Notes: generated by a model from the letters alone, not told the origin. A DNA stretch of 63,591 nt from a virus (IMGVR_UViG_3300044835_000051:1-63591); one strand, 5' to 3'. Counted from the first letter of the stretch, positions 26,386 to 36,529 are shown. Program-made: numbers and translations.

Positions 26386-28814
26386 CTACGCTCACTGATC
26401 GCTGGGAGACGCGCGAGCTGGTCGGCGCCAACCAGCATGCACTCGTCGTTCGCGTGCGGCTCGGCTACTTCGCCCGCGGCTACCTTGCGGCGGACCGCAT
26501 CGACACGGGCGAGCCGATTGTCCCCCCGCTCATCTACCAGGGCGTCAATCATGACTGCTGGAAGGCGGTGTGGACGCCGACGACGGACTGGATGACGGTC
26601 CCCGAAGTGCAGCAGGCGCAGTGGACGCGGAGCTTCGTGCAGAACGGGTCCTCGACCATGACGTTCACGATGGACAACGTCGCCTTCGAGGACACGGAGG
26701 GCGACGGCGGTCTCTACCACGTCATCAAGCGCGGCCACTTCTCTCCGATGCAGGGCGTCACCGTCCTGTCGCGGCCGGCGGTGTGGACGGACCCGTCGCC
26801 GTGGGCGAACGTGCTGAACGGAGGCTGTCAGGTCGAGTTGTGGGAGGGTTACGGAACGGGTGCCGAGGTCGTCCCGCTGGCTACGCCCGTCTCCCAGGTC
26901 ATCGACGGTGTGACGATGATGTCATGCTCACCGGGCGATGCTATCGCGAGGACGTGGACGGGACTGATCGAGGACGCCCACCTGGAGTCTCACCCCGATC
27001 AGATCGCTGTCACGGCCAGGGACTTCGGAGTGGCCATCACCGATCAGCGGCTAGTAGGCGATAACCACGCCCACGAGATCGTCTCACCGGTGATCTTTGG
27101 CGACCGCAAAGCATCGCTCGGGGAGGAGAAAGTGCCGCTTTACTCGACTTACTATGACGGCGGAAGCACCGAAGCCGTGGGAGAAGGCACAATCTACCAG
27201 GTCTCCGACGTCCCCGTTTCCAATAACCATTACGACCTCGTCAGCGGAGCGCACGACCACGCCACCGACCACTGGTGGGCGCAGTTCAAACTCAACGGCT
27301 ACACCGAGGAGCTGCTGCTCGCCCCGGTCCCCAGCGGCTACGTGAAGGACGCCAGCGGCCTCTACGAAGCGGTCAGCAGCTTCGAGGCTTGGATCAGTGT
27401 GTACGTGGGCGGACCGGCGGACTGGCCGTTCTCGTGGGCGGAGACGGACCTGAACGACGGAACCCAGCAGAAGCAGGGGCCGATGATGGACGGAGCCGTC
27501 CCCCTGACGGCCGGCGCATGGGTGGACTTGGGCCTCGGTTCCACACCTGACGGCATTCCATACGTCCGCCACTTCCCGACGCTCCCCGGCCCGCCCGGCG
27601 TCTACGAATTGGGCCACGGGCTTGACCTGCCCTTCGGTTCACGCCTACGGGTAACGATTACCAACCTCAACCTCAACCCGAACCCCGGACAACCCCTCGA
27701 CGCGGGCTTCTACGCCGGCCTGTATACCTTCGCGGCGCTCGTGTACGGCCACGGCGGAGCCGACGATGCGGCGGCGCCCGTGTACGACCCGAATGGAAGT
27801 GGGGTGGAGGGCAACCCCTTCGGTGGGACCGGGGTCAACCCGTACCATTGGGTGCTGGTCGAGGACGCCTCGGACGTTGTGGTCATGCTGCTGATCTGGG
27901 CGGGCTTCCCCGAATGGGACGTCGAACCGTTCGGCTGGTCGCTGTATCAGCCGCTCCAGTTCGGGGAGGACAAGTTCTTCCAGGACGTGATGAGCCAGAT
28001 ACTCGACCAGGGCAACTTCACGTTCGTCATGGGAGCACCAACGGCCGACGACAGAAGCATCGGCGTGCCGCACTTCAACTACCAGCGCGCCCTCAACGCG
28101 CCGCCGCCGGACATGGTCGAGGTGACGCACGAGGACCTACTGGAGACCGCACAGGTCGAGTGGAACCTGGCGAGCCTGCCGGACGAGATTCGCTACCGCG
28201 GCAACCCGACACCCGATGGGGCGACATTCGACGAGGACCTCGTGGCGTGCTTCCAGGCCGTGTACTACCCACCGTGGTCGTCGCAGCGCGCCGCTCAGAT
28301 CGTCGGCGACCTGACCACGCCGCAGCGCACGGCCGGCATACGCCGCAACTTCCTTCAGTCCGTAGGGGTGGGCGTGGCGATCGGGCTCAACTCAAACGAG
28401 GAGTGCGCCTTCGCCTGCGTTCTCGCGGCGATTCAGTACGCCCTCGCCATGTGTACGGGCCAATTCCAGATTCCCGGTAGGCCCGACATCGACCTCAACG
28501 ATCAGGTGAGCCTCATCGACATGGGGACCGCGCTCAACTCGCGCATGTGGGTGGCGTCCGTGCAGAGCACGCACAAGATGGGTCCGCAGGGCTCCTGGGA
28601 GATGGTGATCGGTGGCAGCTATGTCGACATGTCGGACTTCGATGCGATTCGCGCCGACTACGGCCTCTACTACACCAAGTATGTGATTCAGCAAGGGCCG
28701 GGCCACACCCTCCCGGCGCCGCCGTCCACCTACAACCTCGACAACCTCACGATCGACGACATGACAGTCCCATCGTACGGCGACCGGCCTTGGTCGTACT
28801 ACTGGAACTCATGA
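26382..28814 (+). CDS. Tail tip/hub protein (putative)
   Basis: 810-aa ORF after Dit; WTGLIED..VTARDFG and IPGRPDIDLNDQVSL motifs typical of baseplate hub proteins. Confidence 0.65.
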   Translation: MTTLTDRWETRELVGANQHALVVRVRLGYFARGYLAADRIDTGEPIVPPLIYQGVNHDCWKAVWTPTTDWMTVPEVQQAQWTRSFVQNGSSTMTFTMDNVAFEDTEGDGGLYHVIKRGHFSPMQGVTVLSRPAVWTDPSPWANVLNGGCQVELWEGYGTGAEVVPLATPVSQVIDGVTMMSCSPGDAIARTWTGLIEDAHLESHPDQIAVTARDFGVAITDQRLVGDNHAHEIVSPVIFGDRKASLGEEKVPLYSTYYDGGSTEAVGEGTIYQVSDVPVSNNHYDLVSGAHDHATDHWWAQFKLNGYTEELLLAPVPSGYVKDASGLYEAVSSFEAWISVYVGGPADWPFSWAETDLNDGTQQKQGPMMDGAVPLTAGAWVDLGLGSTPDGIPYVRHFPTLPGPPGVYELGHGLDLPFGSRLRVTITNLNLNPNPGQPLDAGFYAGLYTFAALVYGHGGADDAAAPVYDPNGSGVEGNPFGGTGVNPYHWVLVEDASDVVVMLLIWAGFPEWDVEPFGWSLYQPLQFGEDKFFQDVMSQILDQGNFTFVMGAPTADDRSIGVPHFNYQRALNAPPPDMVEVTHEDLLETAQVEWNLASLPDEIRYRGNPTPDGATFDEDLVACFQAVYYPPWSSQRAAQIVGDLTTPQRTAGIRRNFLQSVGVGVAIGLNSNEECAFACVLAAIQYALAMCTGQFQIPGRPDIDLNDQVSLIDMGTALNSRMWVASVQSTHKMGPQGSWEMVIGGSYVDMSDFDAIRADYGLYYTKYVIQQGPGHTLPAPPSTYNLDNLTIDDMTVPSYGDRPWSYYWNS

Positions 28815-29287
28815 CCAGCGGACGCCCCCCGGCGGGACAGCTACAGGCATCGCTCGCGGCGCTCACGATCGGCGTGGCCAAGGCAACGGCGGCCCGCGCC
28901 CAGGCGGGCTCGGCCTCGACCGGCGAGTACGACCAGCAGGTCAGGGTGCCGCTGACGGGCGTCGCGGCGCTCGCCCCGTCGATCATCGACAAGAACGTCA
29001 CGTGGCAACTCCCGTTCATCGCCGCCCCGGCGCAGAGGGCGCTTCCCTTCCTCACGCCGCAGTTCACGCCGGGCATCGAGTTCACCGCCCCCACGTCCCA
29101 GCTCGTTGTCATCACCGCGCACGTGATGGGCTGGACAACGAACCCGCAGAGCTGGTTCGTTGGCGCTGCGATCAGGTTCGCCGTGCAGGCGCCGGCCGCC
29201 GGGTCCGCCGATCAGGTCCCCTTCGCCGCCCTGGCGCACCTGACCTTTCAAGGCTACGCCACCTACCCAGGAGCGCCGACAACATGA
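28811..29287 (+). CDS. Minor tail protein
   Basis: ATGA coupling, beta-rich, tail module. Confidence 0.55.
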   Translation: MTSGRPPAGQLQASLAALTIGVAKATAARAQAGSASTGEYDQQVRVPLTGVAALAPSIIDKNVTWQLPFIAAPAQRALPFLTPQFTPGIEFTAPTSQLVVITAHVMGWTTNPQSWFVGAAIRFAVQAPAAGSADQVPFAALAHLTFQGYATYPGAPTT

Positions 29288-30849
29288 CCCCCATACGAAC
29301 GCCCTTCGCCGGCTATGAGGTGCTAGGCCCCGGTGACCCGCTGTCCTCCGACGGGTACGCCTTCCAGAAGCGCGACCCGCAGGTAGCCGACCGGCTCGGC
29401 CAGATCGGCGCGGTGCTTCACCGCCACGACGCTCACGCCGCCTTGGTGGACCCAACCCTTGCGGCGGTGCTGGGGACGGCCAGCTCCGGCGGGTCGATCG
29501 CTGCGGGACTTCGGCTCTACCTCACCTACACGCTGCTCGACGCGGACGGCGGGGAGACGCTGCCGGTGGCCGTGCAGAACATCGTCATGGCCCCCGGCTT
29601 CCTGACGCCCGCCGGGGCGCCCACGCTGGCGCCCACCTTCTCGACGGGGGCGTTGCAGAAGGGCAGCTATGGCTATGCGATGAGCGTGGCCGATGGTGCC
29701 GGCGGGGAAACGACGATCGGTCCGAGCGCACAGGTCCTGCTGCCGGGGGGGCACCCGAACGCGACGATCGGCATAAGCGGCCTGGCTGCCGTCCTGGCGG
29801 CATCGTCGGGCGGGTCGCTGACGGCGAGCTGGCGTCTGTGGCGTAAGCGCAACGGCGGCCCGTGGTACCTGATTGGCACCGGGACTGGCGACACCTTCAG
29901 CGACAACGGGGTGGCGGGCGACTGCTCGGTGGCGCCGCTGCTTCAGAGCACCACCAAGGGAACGAACACGCTGACCGTTGAGGTGCCCACGGGGCAGCCC
30001 TCGGGCACGACGGACTTCAACGTCTACGTGTCGCAGAACGGCAGCTTCACGGCGCCGTGCCTGATCGGCGGTCCGTACCCCGCTTCGGACCTGGGGACCA
30101 CCAAGACGTTCACGGCGCTCACGTTCACTGGGGGGGCGCCGCCGCCGATCTCCACGAGCTACCCCGGCGCCGATCAGATCGACCCGGACACGGACATTCT
30201 CTTCTGGACGTGGAAGCGCACGCAGCTTACCTATGCGGCGCTGATCGCGTTGACGGGCAACACGACCGGCGACGTTCGCGTGGCGCTTGACACCGCGCTC
30301 ATGTATACGTGGGACGGCACCGGCTGGGAGCGGCTGCCGTGGCGTTACGCGGTGGCGGACTTCGCGAGCTTGCCGACGCTCGACCTGCGCGACGGCGACG
30401 TGTGCCAGACGCTTGACACGCATGTCCTCTGGACGTATGACCTGGGGCTCACCGCCTGGCGTCCCCCGAGCCTTCAGCGGCAGACGGCGGCGACGGCCGT
30501 GACCGCGCTGGTGGCGGCGACGGAGACTGCCGAGGCGTTGAACATGGTCGGGTTCGGCATGACCATTTACGCCGTGACTGTAGATGCGGCGTGCCGGGTG
30601 AGAATCTACCCGACGGCCGCCCTCGCCCTCGCCGACGTCGCCCGAGGCGCGTCGGCCGACCCGGACGTCGCCGCGCAGAACGGCTGCTACTGCGAGCTGA
30701 CGTTCGCCGGGGCGGGAACGGTCAGCCTGACGCCCACTGTCGTCGCGATCATGCAGGAGGGGACGCTGGCGCACGACATAGCGGCCAACGTAAGCTCGCC
30801 CGCAGGCGGCGATGTCAACTTCACGCTGTTCGGCTACCGGCTCGACTGA
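29284..30849 (+). CDS. Minor tail/fibre protein with Ig/FN3-like domains
   Basis: Two repeats of G.L..G..Y....DA.GGET; Thr/Gly-rich; tail module. Confidence 0.65.
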   Translation: MTPIRTPFAGYEVLGPGDPLSSDGYAFQKRDPQVADRLGQIGAVLHRHDAHAALVDPTLAAVLGTASSGGSIAAGLRLYLTYTLLDADGGETLPVAVQNIVMAPGFLTPAGAPTLAPTFSTGALQKGSYGYAMSVADGAGGETTIGPSAQVLLPGGHPNATIGISGLAAVLAASSGGSLTASWRLWRKRNGGPWYLIGTGTGDTFSDNGVAGDCSVAPLLQSTTKGTNTLTVEVPTGQPSGTTDFNVYVSQNGSFTAPCLIGGPYPASDLGTTKTFTALTFTGGAPPPISTSYPGADQIDPDTDILFWTWKRTQLTYAALIALTGNTTGDVRVALDTALMYTWDGTGWERLPWRYAVADFASLPTLDLRDGDVCQTLDTHVLWTYDLGLTAWRPPSLQRQTAATAVTALVAATETAEALNMVGFGMTIYAVTVDAACRVRIYPTAALALADVARGASADPDVAAQNGCYCELTFAGAGTVSLTPTVVAIMQEGTLAHDIAANVSSPAGGDVNFTLFGYRLD

Positions 30850-31553
30850 TGCCGACCCGGACGGACGACTTCTCCACCGACACACTTGCCTCGCGGTACT
30901 CCCTGTTCGTAGGCAGTATCGGGACGACCTACGGGTGGGCACCCGGCCTAATCAGCTCCGTGTACCGGCCCAGTGGTGGAATCACGACGCTGTGGCTGGA
31001 TGAGGCGGCTGGAGTCACGGCACTGACGGCGGCGACCGTGGACCTGACCATCTTGCAGGCGATCGTAACCCCCACCATGCAGGCCGACATGTTCGTCGGG
31101 GTGGTGGCGCCGGGCTTGACGGACGGCATCTATGGCTGGCTCACGGACGGTGGTGACGCGAATATCGTGGCGATGTCCTCCACCGACCCGGCGGACAACT
31201 TCACAGACACCTCCCCCTACTCGCCCCCGGTCGGGTTGGACTCCACGACCGGCTCAACGCCCGCCATTATGCACCTAGAGTTCGACGCCAGTTCAGGCGT
31301 AGCGACACTCACCTTCGGTGGTACTGTCCTCGTCACGAGCACCGTGCCGCCCGCGATGGTGACGGCATGGCAGGCCGTCGAGTTGTTCGCGGCGGGTGGC
31401 GTTGGCTGCCCGAGCCTGGTCGACGAGCCCTCCTTTTCGCCGTGGGCCTACGACCTGAGCGGGACCACGCCTCCGCCGCCCCCACCACCGCCACCACCAC
31501 CCGTAGCGTCGGGTTTGATCGTCGCCGGCCCGCACCTGACGGGTTACCTATGA
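30849..31553 (+). CDS. Putative receptor-binding/accessory tail protein A
   Basis: DDFSTD N-terminus, beta-sandwich-like body, poly-Pro linker, IVAGPHLTG C-terminus. Confidence 0.55.
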   Translation: MPTRTDDFSTDTLASRYSLFVGSIGTTYGWAPGLISSVYRPSGGITTLWLDEAAGVTALTAATVDLTILQAIVTPTMQADMFVGVVAPGLTDGIYGWLTDGGDANIVAMSSTDPADNFTDTSPYSPPVGLDSTTGSTPAIMHLEFDASSGVATLTFGGTVLVTSTVPPAMVTAWQAVELFAAGGVGCPSLVDEPSFSPWAYDLSGTTPPPPPPPPPPPVASGLIVAGPHLTGYL

Positions 31554-32163
31554 CCTACATCGACAACTTCAGTACTGACCGCTTCACGAGCGGCGACTAC
31601 ACGCTCGATTTGGGTTCCCCGCCGCCCGCATCTGTCGTGCCGCACGCCATGACGGTCCTGGGAACCAGTTACGTACGATGGTTGGACGAGCGTTCGGTGC
31701 TAACGGTGCCGTTTAGCTGCGAGATGGACGTGTTGGCGATGCCATTGGCGCCAACCCTGATCGCCGTGGGCGTCGCAACTCCCGACATATTGAACGGAAT
31801 AGACGTGGGCTTTGCGAGCGGTAGCTTCATAGCGAACGTCAACGATCAGGCCGACACCGGCGATCTGGTAAGCGGAACCACGGCGATGACATGGCCCACG
31901 GGCGACATTACCCTCGCCGTGTCACTGGCAGCGGACGGGTCCTATGTGGCTTCGCTGGGCGTCAACACCTTTACCGCGACCGTGGCTCCGGCGTTGATGG
32001 CCGCGCTGGCGGCACGCACGCTCTACCCCTTCGGCTATATCGTCGGCGACTCGCTCTCCGGCCACGACGTCGTGGCGAGCGAATGGCGGCACAGCGAGGC
32101 CGCACCGCCACCACCGCCGCCCGCTGCCGTGGGTTCGATCGTCGCCGGCCCGCACCTGACGGG
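31511..32163 (+). repeat. 33-bp direct repeat (1 mismatch) at 31511-31543 and 32131-32163
   Basis: GGGTT(T/C)GATCGTCGCCGGCCCGCACCTGACGGG. Confidence 0.9.
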
Positions 32164-32188
32164 CTTCAGGCCAAGCCGAGGCAGATGA
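31550..32188 (+). CDS. Putative receptor-binding/accessory tail protein B (paralogue of A)
   Basis: DNFSTD N-terminus, poly-Pro linker, IVAGPHLTG C-terminus. Confidence 0.55.
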   Translation: MTYIDNFSTDRFTSGDYTLDLGSPPPASVVPHAMTVLGTSYVRWLDERSVLTVPFSCEMDVLAMPLAPTLIAVGVATPDILNGIDVGFASGSFIANVNDQADTGDLVSGTTAMTWPTGDITLAVSLAADGSYVASLGVNTFTATVAPALMAALAARTLYPFGYIVGDSLSGHDVVASEWRHSEAAPPPPPPAAVGSIVAGPHLTGFRPSRGR

Positions 32189-32272
32189 TTCCCGCAGCAC
32201 GCGAGAACGAACACGGGTTCCGTCCGAAGGTATCTGTAGCCTGGTGCTACACAGCCAGGAGGTCACGAGAAG

Positions 32273-33241
32273 ATGCCGCAAGAGAGCCCATTCCCGCCGA
32301 TACCGGACGCCCCCGCGCAGGAAGGCGCACGCTGGCGCCACCACAAGCCGACCTCCGAGCAGGTCGCCGAATGGTTCAAGACCGTGCCGATGGACGAAGG
32401 CATGGAGCACGGACACTACGTCGGCGGGGTTGTCATCATACCCCAGTCCGAGAAAGTGAAGTACGCAACCGAGCGCGGCACGATCGAACGTCACGAGATG
32501 GTGTTCACCCCGTACATTCAGATCGCCACCCGCGTCGCCTACTTCCGCCGGCTCGCCGAGTCCCGCGGACTGATACCGCGCATCGGCGCCGCACAGGTGC
32601 CGCGCAACGCCCAGGTGAACTCACCCTACTTCAACGCCAACATGCCCGAGGGCTTCTGGTTCCACGTCATTCCCTCAGAACTCGCGCCGGCCCGGTTCCT
32701 GTGCTGCACGATGGTCGCGCAAATGTTCGAGCCCCAGTCCTACGGGTCACGGGTCGCCGGCTCTGAGCCGATGCCGGTGCTCGAAGGCGTTGGCGTCAAG
32801 CAAGGCTCCGCCGGCAGCGACGCCAACGGAATAATGAAGGTGATGACCGGCGCCATCGGGAGAGCCCTCGCCGCCGCCGGCATCTTGGTCGCCGGCACCG
32901 GCTTCGCCTCCGCCGACGACATGCAGGAGTACACCTCCCAGCCCGAGGCCGGCCCCGCCGCTGCGCAGCTCCCTGACACCGACATTCCCGCAGGGGTGGT
33001 GGAGGTGCCGACCGACCCCGCCGAGGCGCTCACGGCGCTGCGCAGGCGGGCCGTAGCCCTCCACGCCCGCATGCAGGGGACCACCGCCTCCGCCGAATGG
33101 AGCCCCTGGTGGCAGGAGCGCTCGACGAACGAGGGCTGGGGCGGGCTCAACGACATTCCCGCCGACCAGCTCACGGGCGTCGTCGCGAAACTGGAGCGGC
33201 TCGTCCAAGCCGCCAAGCCGCTAACTGGAGTGGAGGCGTAA
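32273..33241 (+). CDS. Rad52/Sak-like single-strand annealing protein (putative)
   Basis: YIQIATRVAYF and KVMTGAIGRALAAAGI..AS.DDM motifs; AGGAGG upstream. Confidence 0.55.
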   Translation: MPQESPFPPIPDAPAQEGARWRHHKPTSEQVAEWFKTVPMDEGMEHGHYVGGVVIIPQSEKVKYATERGTIERHEMVFTPYIQIATRVAYFRRLAESRGLIPRIGAAQVPRNAQVNSPYFNANMPEGFWFHVIPSELAPARFLCCTMVAQMFEPQSYGSRVAGSEPMPVLEGVGVKQGSAGSDANGIMKVMTGAIGRALAAAGILVAGTGFASADDMQEYTSQPEAGPAAAQLPDTDIPAGVVEVPTDPAEALTALRRRAVALHARMQGTTASAEWSPWWQERSTNEGWGGLNDIPADQLTGVVAKLERLVQAAKPLTGVEA

Positions 33242-33669
33242 TGCGCAGTGAGAGATTGGCAGCGTTCATCTTCCGCCTGGCCCGCGATGAAATACCCACC
33301 GGCAAGATCGAGGAGCACGTCCGCGTCGTCTGCAAGGCCCACACACACGGCGGCCGACATGCCGAGACGGGCGAGGGGGTGGTCTACGAGCCCGAGTGCG
33401 CGCACATCGGCGAGTGGGCGCAAGAGGTAGCCGACCGGCTGCTCGACGGGCTCGGCGAGGAGCACTCCGATCGCGATAAACTTGCCAAGGTCCGCGAGAT
33501 CATTCTCGCGCCGTATACCATCGGCGGCCAGCCGGGACAGGAGGACGACACCGGGGTTCAGCGTGACGCGATAGTCGAGCAGAACCATGAGCGCATCACC
33601 AAGGTCGCGAAGGTGCTGGGCCTACGAGGCATCGCCACCCCCGTCGAATGGCGAGGCCCCCCGCGATGA
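33241..33669 (+). CDS. Hypothetical protein
   Basis: TAATG coupling, GGAGG SD. Confidence 0.6.
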   Translation: MRSERLAAFIFRLARDEIPTGKIEEHVRVVCKAHTHGGRHAETGEGVVYEPECAHIGEWAQEVADRLLDGLGEEHSDRDKLAKVREIILAPYTIGGQPGQEDDTGVQRDAIVEQNHERITKVAKVLGLRGIATPVEWRGPPR

Positions 33670-34100
33670 CCTTCACTAAGACCGTCGCCGCCTACCTGAC
33701 AGGCTGGCTGATCGTCCAGCCGCTCTACAACCGGCTGCTGAACGCCTACCGCAAGCGGGAGATGGAGCACCCGAGCGAAGAGACACTCGTCTACTTCGAG
33801 CGTCAGGCCAAGGCGATCGTCAACTGCATGGAGTACCGCAACTCCTGGCCGCCGCGCGTCTGCCCACGGTGCCTGCGCCCGTACGGCGAGCACGGCCGCA
33901 ACCAAGCGCACGGCCCCGGCTTCTGCATCGAGCGCAAGTACGCCGACGCCGACGCCTTCGTCCTCTCCACGGAACAGGCCGGCGCCGTCCTGGCTTACAT
34001 TCAAGGCGACCACTTCGAGGCGCACGACATCGACGCCGCCGTCAGGGTGCTGGCGCCACCCGACAAGGAAGAGGGCATGGGGACGAAGGGCTACCGATGA
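33666..34100 (+). CDS. Hypothetical protein with CPRC..H..C motif
   Basis: ATGA coupling. Confidence 0.6.
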   Translation: MTFTKTVAAYLTGWLIVQPLYNRLLNAYRKREMEHPSEETLVYFERQAKAIVNCMEYRNSWPPRVCPRCLRPYGEHGRNQAHGPGFCIERKYADADAFVLSTEQAGAVLAYIQGDHFEAHDIDAAVRVLAPPDKEEGMGTKGYR

Positions 34101-34297
34101 TTCACGGCGACCCCCTGAAGCTGGAGCCCTACCGCGTCGAGTGGCGTAGCGACCTGACGACGAGCTGGGTGGTGATGGCGAGCTGCGAATCGCACGACGA
34201 GGCGCGCGAACTCCTGCTCGTGAACCTCAGGGCGTACGGGGGTCAGGTCCGCATCGTCGTCCAGCACGTGACCGAGGCGAAGGGACTCGGCGCATGA
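34097..34297 (+). CDS. Small hypothetical protein
   Basis: ATGA coupling at both ends. Confidence 0.55.
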   Translation: MIHGDPLKLEPYRVEWRSDLTTSWVVMASCESHDEARELLLVNLRAYGGQVRIVVQHVTEAKGLGA

Positions 34298-34479
34298 AGC
34301 GACTGCTGCGCCGGGCCTTCGACGTGGAGATTCAGTCGTACGGCTGGGACCTCAGGCTCTGGCCTATCGGCCGACTGTACTTCAAGCGTAAGGGCACAAC
34401 GTCCGGCGTCGAGAGGACGGTGGGCCTCTATCGCATGGCGCAGTGGGAGTACTCGATTATGTGGTGGGTGGCGGGGTGA
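34294..34479 (+). CDS. Small hypothetical protein
   Basis: Coupled overlaps at both ends. Confidence 0.5.
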   Translation: MKRLLRRAFDVEIQSYGWDLRLWPIGRLYFKRKGTTSGVERTVGLYRMAQWEYSIMWWVAG

Positions 34480-34679
34480 CACGCCCGGCCGACCTGCGGC
34501 GCGGCGACGAGATCATCGTGCCGTCTACGCATGAGCTTGCGGGCCAGACCGTGTGCGTCAACGACGTGAGCGTGGCCGTGGACGACGACGACCGCTGGAC
34601 GCTCTGGACAAAGGGCGAGCGTCCCAGCACCATCGCGATCGTGTGCGCGGCCGACGATGAGATCGAGCGGCTGCCATGA
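34476..34679 (+). CDS. Small SH3/KOW-like hypothetical protein
   Basis: PADLRRGDEI motif, coupled overlaps. Confidence 0.5.
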   Translation: MTRPADLRRGDEIIVPSTHELAGQTVCVNDVSVAVDDDDRWTLWTKGERPSTIAIVCAADDEIERLP

Positions 34680-35074
34680 CGCGCACCTACGTGCTCACCC
34701 TGCGCGAGATGCCGCGCAGCTCGAACCGGCAGTCCGCCAACCGACTCATCGCCCACCGAGAAAAGAAGGAGTGGCAGCAGAGGTTCCTCGCCGAGATGAT
34801 GGTATCGAAGGTCAAGCGGGGCATGACTCACTGCAACGTCTCGATTGAAGTTCGCTGGAAGACGAGGAACCATCGCGACTGGCATAATTATTTTCATGGC
34901 GTGATAAAGCCACTTGCCGACGCCCTGGTCTCCGGTAACTACTTGCCCGACGACACGGGCGACGAGCTGAGCATCGACACCCCATTCGTACTTGTGACAC
35001 CCGAGACGTGGGGCTCGACCTTGTCCAAGGTGGAACTGGTCATCAAACTCGAAGCAACCTACCCCGAGGAGTGA
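34676..35074 (+). CDS. rusA: RusA-like Holliday junction resolvase
   Basis: MPRSSN..RDWHNY..IKPLADALV..LPDDT matches RusA D-x-D-N..K...DAL...DD with one D-to-H change. Confidence 0.7.
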   Translation: MTRTYVLTLREMPRSSNRQSANRLIAHREKKEWQQRFLAEMMVSKVKRGMTHCNVSIEVRWKTRNHRDWHNYFHGVIKPLADALVSGNYLPDDTGDELSIDTPFVLVTPETWGSTLSKVELVIKLEATYPEE

Positions 35075-35076
35075 AC

Positions 35077-35289
35077 ATGGCTCTACAGGTCGTCAACTAC
35101 ACAGTCCAGGCCCAGCTCCAAGTGCAGGCGACCGACCCGGCAAGTGCCGGCGCCGCCCTCGACGCCGCCCTCGCCGCCCTCCAGGCAGTCCTGGCCGGAA
35201 GCAACTCCGCCACACCTCCCAGCTTCGGAGCGCCCATCGCCCTCCAGGTAGAGGAGGAGGCCGGACAATATGTCTACGACATCGCCTGA
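35077..35289 (+). CDS. Small Ala-rich hypothetical protein
   Basis: GAGGAG SD before ATG 35077. Confidence 0.55.
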   Translation: MALQVVNYTVQAQLQVQATDPASAGAALDAALAALQAVLAGSNSATPPSFGAPIALQVEEEAGQYVYDIA

Positions 35290-35410
35290 CACCCTCACCG
35301 ACGCGCAGGTCAAAGCGGCCGGCATCACCATCACCGCCAAGACGCACCTCGTCATCGTCGGCGAGATCGCCTACGCGCGCGACGGTCGACTGTGGGTGCG
35401 CCTTGACTGA
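35270..35410 (+). CDS. Small hypothetical protein (46 aa, not in ORF track)
   Basis: GGAGGAGG SD; MSTTSPDTLTDAQVKAAGITITAKTHLVIVGEIAYARDGRLWVRLD. Confidence 0.55.
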   Translation: MSTTSPDTLTDAQVKAAGITITAKTHLVIVGEIAYARDGRLWVRLD

Positions 35411-36128
35411 CGGCCCCTTCGACCCCGTGAACCTGCGCGTCCTCGGCGAACACCTGCGCGACGGCACCTGGCTCGACATGGAGGTGTGCGCGATCGACTA
35501 CGTAGGCAAGCCGCCCGCAGCGATCGTCCTTGAGCGCGTGAAGATCGTCAAGATCATCGTGCGAACTCTCGGCGAGGACCTCTTCCTCACTCAGCAGTGG
35601 GTGAACGAGAACGACCGGCGGGTCGAAGACGAGCTGACGTTCGACGCGGAGGCGATCAGGCGTTGCGAGCCAACTTCAGTTAGCCTGTTAGATGTGAGGC
35701 CGCACAAAACCGTCGTCGTCGCCCTCCCGCCGCTAACCGACGAGGACCAGCTCGGTGTCGCGCGGGTGGCGATCGAGGAGGGCGCCCTGATGTTCGCGCA
35801 GGAGATCGACCACCTGGCAAGTAGCTTCGGCGGCAGGGGGACGTGGGACCTCGTGCACTCCCGGCACAAGGTCATCGTCGTGATCTACGAGACGACCGAC
35901 CTCTCGCCCGAGCGCATCTGCAACAACCTCTTCGGCTACAGGTCGGCCGGGCCGTTCCTCCTCGCTGTCAGCAAGGCGCGGCGCTACCCCAGCCGCGGCC
36001 AGGACACGGCCACCGAGGCGTTCCGCGCCGACGTCGCCGTCCTCGGCACGCGCGTGGCTCTGCGCCGCGGAGTGACACGACGCAGGCAGTTGCCTCACGA
36101 CTACCAGCCGTGCCTGAGCCGGCCATGA
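35403..36128 (+). CDS. Hypothetical protein
   Basis: 241-aa ORF with typical codon bias. Confidence 0.6.
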   Translation: MTDGPFDPVNLRVLGEHLRDGTWLDMEVCAIDYVGKPPAAIVLERVKIVKIIVRTLGEDLFLTQQWVNENDRRVEDELTFDAEAIRRCEPTSVSLLDVRPHKTVVVALPPLTDEDQLGVARVAIEEGALMFAQEIDHLASSFGGRGTWDLVHSRHKVIVVIYETTDLSPERICNNLFGYRSAGPFLLAVSKARRYPSRGQDTATEAFRADVAVLGTRVALRRGVTRRRQLPHDYQPCLSRP

Positions 36129-36529
36129 AGCGACTCAAGCTCCGCCCCGAGGAGCCCGCCGAGCGTCACCTGACTCTCGTCCCACCAGCGAAGCGCAAGA
36201 GGCGCAAGCGGTGGAAGCTGCCACGCAACCTCCGCACCAGCCGCAAGCTGAAGTACGGGCAGAACCCCGAGCTGCTCAAGTACGAGGAGACGCTGGTCAT
36301 GGCCGCCGTGCGCGAGCAGGGCGGCCGGGTGAGCGTGTGGGAGATGATGGAGCGCGAGCCTGACCGCTGGAACGAGAAGTACCTGTGGCTCACACTGCGA
36401 CGGCTGGCCCGGCAAGGGAGGCTCGTGGGGAAGTCTTGGCAACCCGCCGACCGGAAGGTCAGGCCGCGGGAGGGGTACTCGACGCCCGACTGGCGGGCGG
36501 GCCGCGGGCTCGAAGGGAGCCAACAGTGA
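36125..36529 (+). CDS. Basic, winged-helix-like DNA-binding protein (putative)
   Basis: KRKRRKR tract; LWLTLRRLARQGRL helix-wing pattern. Confidence 0.5.
   Translation: MKRLKLRPEEPAERHLTLVPPAKRKRRKRWKLPRNLRTSRKLKYGQNPELLKYEETLVMAAVREQGGRVSVWEMMEREPDRWNEKYLWLTLRRLARQGRLVGKSWQPADRKVRPREGYSTPDWRAGRGLEGSQQ

Noticed and set aside
31511-32163. Diversity-generating retroelement TR/VR pair
   Set aside because: Repeat is only 33 bp with one T/C difference, and no reverse transcriptase is in the window
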